Assembly: GCA_043801585.1 (NCBI GenBank)
Contig: JAZDLX010000022.1
Span: 1 to 10,131 of the forward strand
DNA length: 10,131 bases
Source: a bacterium
GTDB lineage: Bacteria; Electryoneota; Electryoneia; Electryoneales; Electryoneaceae
Reading direction: 5' to 3'
In this document: in pieces, positions 6,210 through 10,131 of the stretch
Layout: each line of letters opens with the position of its first letter
Position numbering within the stretch: the stretch's first letter is position 1
The notes under the pieces: model-generated
The model's input: the letters and a program-made list of their open reading frames with translations, nothing else
Database searches by the model: none
What the model was told of the DNA's origin: nothing
Made by a program: the position numbers and the translations under genes

Positions 6210-7295
6210 ATGAACCGTGAACTGATCGACAAACAGGTAGTGACTTCGGGTGTCCGTCTCGAGGAAGTCGAGCTGCGGATGGCGGATCCCTCTATGGTTA
6301 CCGACCGGAAACTGATGAGCGAACTCGGCAGGGAGTACCGTCGCCTGAAAAATATCGTGGACACGGCGTCGCTGTTGACCCGCCTCGAGAGGCAACTTGC
6401 GGATGCGTACGAGCTCGCCGAGACCGACGACAAGGAGATGGCTCAGCTTGCACAGAGTGAGGCTGAGGAGCTGAAAACCCAAGTACTTCGGACAGAAACG
6501 GACCTTTTTCTTACGCTCGTTCCCCCTGAAGAGTCGGATGACAAGACGGCCATTGTCGAGATCCGGGCGGGTACCGGCGGGGAAGAGGCGGCGTTGTTCG
6601 CCGGGGATCTCTACCGCATGTATCAGCGTTTCTGCGAACGGTGCAACTGGCGCAGCGAAACAATCTCAGTCAGTCCCTCCGGCATGGGTGGGTTCAAGGA
6701 AATCGTGTTTTCGATCAAAGGTGACGGCACCTACGGCCTTCTGAAGTACGAGAGTGGAGTCCACCGTGTGCAACGTGTTCCGAGCACCGAAGCCCAGGGA
6801 CGCATACACACTTCAGCCGCCTCGGTGGCGATCCTCCCTGAGGCCGAGGATGTGGATGTGGACATCCGTGACGAGGATTTACGGGTGGACACTTTCCGCG
6901 CCTCAGGAGCCGGTGGTCAGCATGTGAACAAAACCGAATCGGCGGTGCGAATCACCCACCTGCCCACGGGAATTGTTGTTTCCTGCCAGGACGAGAAGAG
7001 CCAGCACAAAAACCGGGCCCAGGCGATGCGTGTTCTCCGCAGCCGTCTCTACGAGCAGGCGATTGCGAAAGAGAACGCGAAACGCGCCGCCAGCCGCAAA
7101 CTGCTCGTCTCGACGGGTGACCGAAGCGCCAAGATCCGCACATACAATTTTCCTCAGGGCCGTATCACCGATCACCGGATCAACCTCACTCTCTACCGTT
7201 TGCATGAGGTGCTCGACGGCGATCTCGAGGAGATGATCGAAGCACTGCGTCTGCACGACGCCGAAGACCGCCTGCGGGAGGGTACGGAGGCGTGA
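6210..7295 (+). CDS. prfA: Peptide chain release factor 1
   Basis: [27 protein letters not shown] (RF1-type PxT motif), [10 protein letters not shown] and [15 protein letters not shown]. Confidence 0.98.
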   Translation: MNRELIDKQVVTSGVRLEEVELRMADPSMVTDRKLMSELGREYRRLKNIVDTASLLTRLERQLADAYELAETDDKEMAQLAQSEAEELKTQVLRTETDLFLTLVPPEESDDKTAIVEIRAGTGGEEAALFAGDLYRMYQRFCERCNWRSETISVSPSGMGGFKEIVFSIKGDGTYGLLKYESGVHRVQRVPSTEAQGRIHTSAASVAILPEAEDVDVDIRDEDLRVDTFRASGAGGQHVNKTESAVRITHLPTGIVVSCQDEKSQHKNRAQAMRVLRSRLYEQAIAKENAKRAASRKLLVSTGDRSAKIRTYNFPQGRITDHRINLTLYRLHEVLDGDLEEMIEALRLHDAEDRLREGTEA

Positions 7296-8260
7296 TGGAT
7301 ACGCTCCAGCAGACATCCACTCCAGCGTCCCAACGCCCCGATCCATCCTCCAACCGCCTGATGGACCTGTTGCTCTTGGGATCCGAATATCTTGCCGCCA
7401 AGGGCGTGGAAAATTCCCGTCTCGACGCAGAATTGCTCCTTGGGCACCTGCTGCAACTTGATCGAGTGGGGCTTTACCTGCAATATGATCGCCCATTGAC
7501 AGATGATCAAAAGACCTCTTTTCGCGCCTTGCTGGTGCGCCGTAGCAAAGGTGAACCCCTGCAATACATCAATGGCCATGCGGGTTTTAGGAATCTTGAC
7601 CTGATCGTGCGCCCTGGTGTGCTGATCCCCCGATCGGAGACGGAACTGCTGATTGACCACGCCGCGAAACATGCGCCTGAAGGAGGCTTCGAACACGCCG
7701 CAGATCTTGGGACCGGTTCCGGCGCGATTGCCCTATCACTGCTCAAAGAGGGCATCGCCCGAGAAGTTGTTGCGGTGGATTACTCAGCCGAAGCGTTGAC
7801 CGTTGCCACAGAAAATGCGCGCTCAATGGGATTCATCGAATCCAGCCGGGAGGAGGGAGTCCTGCGGCTTACAAAGAGGAACGGAGAGGATCAGCGCCAC
7901 CTGACACTGGTCAAACGCGATGTGTTTTCCGGCGCCGCCGATCTCCCGGGCGCCCCCTTCCCGCTGATCGTGTCCAATCCACCGTATGTGAGTGAATCGG
8001 AATTCTCGTCACTCGCACCCAACGTCCGTGACCATGAACCCCGTTCCGCCCTCGTCTCTGGACCGGACGGGCTTGACGCCCACCGTGCCCTTTCCCGAAT
8101 GCTCGCAAACTGGCTCACACCGGGTGGACTTTTCCTCGGGGAGATCGGTGCGAATCAGGGCGTCGCTGTTTGCTTGCTCCATGAGAGTTGGTCTTCACGG
8201 GTGACTCTCCACAAGGATTACGCGAATCTCGACCGCATCGTGGAAGCGAGGCGGTCCTGA
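7292..8260 (+). CDS. prmC: Release factor glutamine N5-methyltransferase (PrmC/HemK)
   Basis: [38 protein letters not shown] and EP..AL..G.DGL. Overlaps the prfA stop (GTG 7292 or ATG 7295), the canonical prfA-prmC arrangement. Confidence 0.96.
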   Translation: MMDTLQQTSTPASQRPDPSSNRLMDLLLLGSEYLAAKGVENSRLDAELLLGHLLQLDRVGLYLQYDRPLTDDQKTSFRALLVRRSKGEPLQYINGHAGFRNLDLIVRPGVLIPRSETELLIDHAAKHAPEGGFEHAADLGTGSGAIALSLLKEGIAREVVAVDYSAEALTVATENARSMGFIESSREEGVLRLTKRNGEDQRHLTLVKRDVFSGAADLPGAPFPLIVSNPPYVSESEFSSLAPNVRDHEPRSALVSGPDGLDAHRALSRMLANWLTPGGLFLGEIGANQGVAVCLLHESWSSRVTLHKDYANLDRIVEARRS

Positions 8261-8341
8261 ACTGACTCTGATTTATCTTTCCCTTTACTGTCTTCCGGTC
8301 TGCACTCAATCCGACAGTCCACGCGCAGAAGGGGCAACAGG

Positions 8342-8713
8342 ATGAGCGGGTATCGTGATGATCTCGTCGATTGGCTTTTTCACCGTTACCGGCATGACAC
8401 TGCGCTGGAACCGGGAAAGATGATGGGGCACCCCGGGCTCAAGTTCACGATCAACGGAAAGTATTTTGTCTTTGTCTATGATGACGGATTCACCTTGAAG
8501 CTGCCGGAGAAGAATTACACAGAGGCGCTTGAGCGTGATGACGTGGAGCCATTCAAACCAATGGGGATGAACAAGCCAATGTCCACCTGGATTGTCTGGA
8601 GCCTTCCGGAACCGGAGGATTACGCCGCCGAGTGGGAGATCCTGGCGGACCGTGCCTATCGTCTGGTTGCCTCCGAACCGCCAAATTCCAGGAAACAGAA
8701 GCGGCTCAAATGA
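8342..8713 (+). CDS. TfoX N-terminal / MmcQ-YjbR-like small protein
   Basis: Pattern GKMMGHPG....NGKYF......FTLKLP.....AL......F.PMG..PM..W...W..L...AY..V resembles the TfoX_N/YjbR fold; SD AAGGGG. Confidence 0.65.
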   Translation: MSGYRDDLVDWLFHRYRHDTALEPGKMMGHPGLKFTINGKYFVFVYDDGFTLKLPEKNYTEALERDDVEPFKPMGMNKPMSTWIVWSLPEPEDYAAEWEILADRAYRLVASEPPNSRKQKRLK

Positions 8714-9783
8714 TGAAATCCGCACACTCATCCCTCACCGGCCCAATCCTGATCGTACGCACCGACGCCCTCGGGGACCTGGTGATGACCCTGCCGATGT
8801 TGACGATGCTGAAGCGTTCCTGCCCCAGCGCCGAGGTGGACATTCTCGTCTCGAAACGAGCCGCGCCGGTGATTGAAGGGCACCGCAATGTGAGAAACGT
8901 TCTTGTCGATCCGGGAAACCTTCGCCAGCGAGTAAAGCTAATCGGGCGTGGAGAGTACGAATGGGTGATTGTCGTCCGACCCGAACCGGGGATCGCACTG
9001 GCGGTCTGGCTCTCCGGAATTCCCCGTCGAGTCGGCACCTCCCGGCGGTTTTATTCACTCCTTTTCAACCATCGATGGGCGGTGGCGCGCAAACACGGCG
9101 GACGCCATGAAGCGGAGTACAACGCGGAATTGCTTTCACCGCTGGGCATCGCCACAGGAAGAGTACCCTGGGTCAACCTGAAGGTGACGGATACTCAGCG
9201 AAACGCGGCCCGTGAGATTCTGAACTCGTCCGGTCTCTCGCCGGAAATGGCCTATGTGGTTGTGCACCCGGGATCACGTGGATCCGCACCGAACCTTCCT
9301 TACGAGACCTATGCCGGAATTGTCCGCGGTTTGCGAAAACGTGAAATCGCGGTTGTCTTGACAGGTTCGCGGACTGAGACGGCTCCGCTGATCGCCAGGT
9401 TGAAAGACCCGGCAGGAGGGAATGGACGCGGGGAGCACACGAAAGGAGCTCCCCTGGTGGACCTCTCCGGCAAAACAGATCTTGCAGCGTTGTTGGGGGT
9501 GCTGGCTGGCGCACGCCTTGTGATCGCCTCCTCCACCGGTCCGCTGCACCTCGCCTCCGCCGTGGGCACTCCGGTGGTCTCCGCGTACGGCCATCGGCCG
9601 TCCATTGCCGCGCAGCGATGGAAACCGTGGGTGGACCCGCAGCATGTCACCCTGCTGAATCCGGGCGAGGCTGCATGTCCGTCGAGTTGTAAGGGCCGTT
9701 GCGGGCGGAACGGGTGCCTGGCGACGATCCAGGTTGAGGCGTTTCTGAAGGCGGTGGACAGCCGTTTGAAAGGGATTGTATAG
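8710..9783 (+). CDS. Glycosyltransferase family 9 (ADP-heptose:LPS heptosyltransferase-like)
   Basis: ILIVRTDALGDLV, GIPRRVG, VVVHPGS, DLSGKTDL, SSTGPLHLASAVGTP and a C-terminal Cys cluster. The start overlaps the upstream stop (ATGA, 8710-8713). Confidence 0.9.
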   Translation: MMKSAHSSLTGPILIVRTDALGDLVMTLPMLTMLKRSCPSAEVDILVSKRAAPVIEGHRNVRNVLVDPGNLRQRVKLIGRGEYEWVIVVRPEPGIALAVWLSGIPRRVGTSRRFYSLLFNHRWAVARKHGGRHEAEYNAELLSPLGIATGRVPWVNLKVTDTQRNAAREILNSSGLSPEMAYVVVHPGSRGSAPNLPYETYAGIVRGLRKREIAVVLTGSRTETAPLIARLKDPAGGNGRGEHTKGAPLVDLSGKTDLAALLGVLAGARLVIASSTGPLHLASAVGTPVVSAYGHRPSIAAQRWKPWVDPQHVTLLNPGEAACPSSCKGRCGRNGCLATIQVEAFLKAVDSRLKGIV

Positions 9784-9802
9784 AATGGTAGTGTAAAACC
9801 AC

Positions 9803-9986
9803 GGATAGTAGAAACCCGGCCATCGATCCGCCAGTCGGCGGACAGGACTGGCCGGGCCACCCGTCTAATGGGCAGCCCCAGGTGAAACCCGGCTGGCATA
9901 GCAGCCAGGCCATACACCGCCCCCGACTTCTGACGAAGTCGGTCCACACCCTCACGATAACAGATTAAACAGGGGAAACCCGACTT
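9803..9986 (-). repeat. Palindrome cluster B (REP-like units or structured ncRNA), related to cluster A
   Basis: Minus-strand units GTGG-ACCGACTTC/GAAGTCGGG, ATGG-CCTGGCTG/CAGCCGGG-TTTC and GTGG-CCCGGCCA/TGGCCGGG-TTTC. GAAACCCG(G/A)C occurs on + at 9811, 9884 and 9975. Confidence 0.6.
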
Positions 9987-10014
9987 GACGAGTGTATAGA
10001 CCGGTGAACATGGG

Positions 10015-10131
10015 TTACAGAATGTACGGAGACATGGGTAACACTTTTTCGCCTGTCCCGAGATCCAAGACCGCGATTCTTTCCCGATAGAAATAGACTT
10101 CCTTTCGATCTTCGTCATCGGTTGCTCGGAT
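10015..10131 (-). CDS. C-terminal 38 aa of an unidentified protein entering from the right edge
   Basis: Open frame from the edge: IRATDDEDRKEVYFYRERIAVLDLGTGEKVLPMSPYIL-TAA. Composition is protein-like and it stops just before the hairpin cluster. Family not recognised. Confidence 0.55.
   Translation of the reverse strand: MRATDDEDRKEVYFYRERIAVLDLGTGEKVLPMSPYIL

Noticed and set aside
4323..8709. Longer N-termini in the ORF track for ROK (4367), DUF1684 (4498), tmk (5382) and GT9 (8632)
   Set aside because: The downstream ATGs have SD sequences or stop/start overlaps and match family N-termini or signal peptides.
9837..9893. SAM-I-like words GGCGGACAGGACTGGCC and GTGAAACCCGGC
   Set aside because: They are separated by an extra hairpin, are not followed by AACC/GGTGC, lack a P1 AUC/GAU helix, and sit downstream of genes.
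9811..9984. GAAAC-containing repeats at 73- and 91-nt spacing read as a CRISPR array
   Set aside because: Only 10 nt recur, spacing is irregular, the sequence upstream of GAAAC is not conserved, and there are no cas genes.
9930..9990. Hammerhead core CTGACGA with a downstream GAAA
   Set aside because: The helix following CTGACGA (AGTCGG/CCGACT) closes after the GAAA rather than before it, so stems II and III cannot be assembled.
9309..10118. 269-aa minus-strand ORF
   Set aside because: It overlaps GT9 antisense by about 470 nt and runs through the hairpin cluster. A different frame (10015-10131) gives the more protein-like C-terminus.

Overview
GC-rich bacterial chromosomal segment from a diderm (it encodes a lipoprotein and a GT9 LPS-core-type glycosyltransferase), made mostly of housekeeping and envelope genes. 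In order: a rhomboid protease (minus strand, running off the left edge and missed by the ORF track), a divergent secreted protein made only of two PDZ domains, a stand-alone cheX phosphatase, a TPR lipoprotein and a ROK-family sugar kinase (both minus), then DUF1684-tmk, prfA-prmC, a TfoX_N/YjbR-like protein coupled to a GT9 transferase, and the 3' end of an unidentified minus-strand gene. I found no transposase, integrase, Cas gene, tRNA or rRNA. The unexplained structure is intergenic. (1) Two convergent gaps 7.2 kb apart (~2591-2744 and ~9803-9986) hold related, co-oriented hairpin clusters of GTGG-tagged palindromes, either a REP-like family or a two-copy structured RNA. (2) A different four-unit GGGACAGT..TTCGC direct/inverted repeat cassette sits in the ROK/DUF1684 divergent gap. 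(3) Matching ECF-sigma-like promoters (TGYAAC-N16-YGTYAT) precede both Sec-secreted protein genes. All family calls come from reading motifs by eye; no database searches were run.
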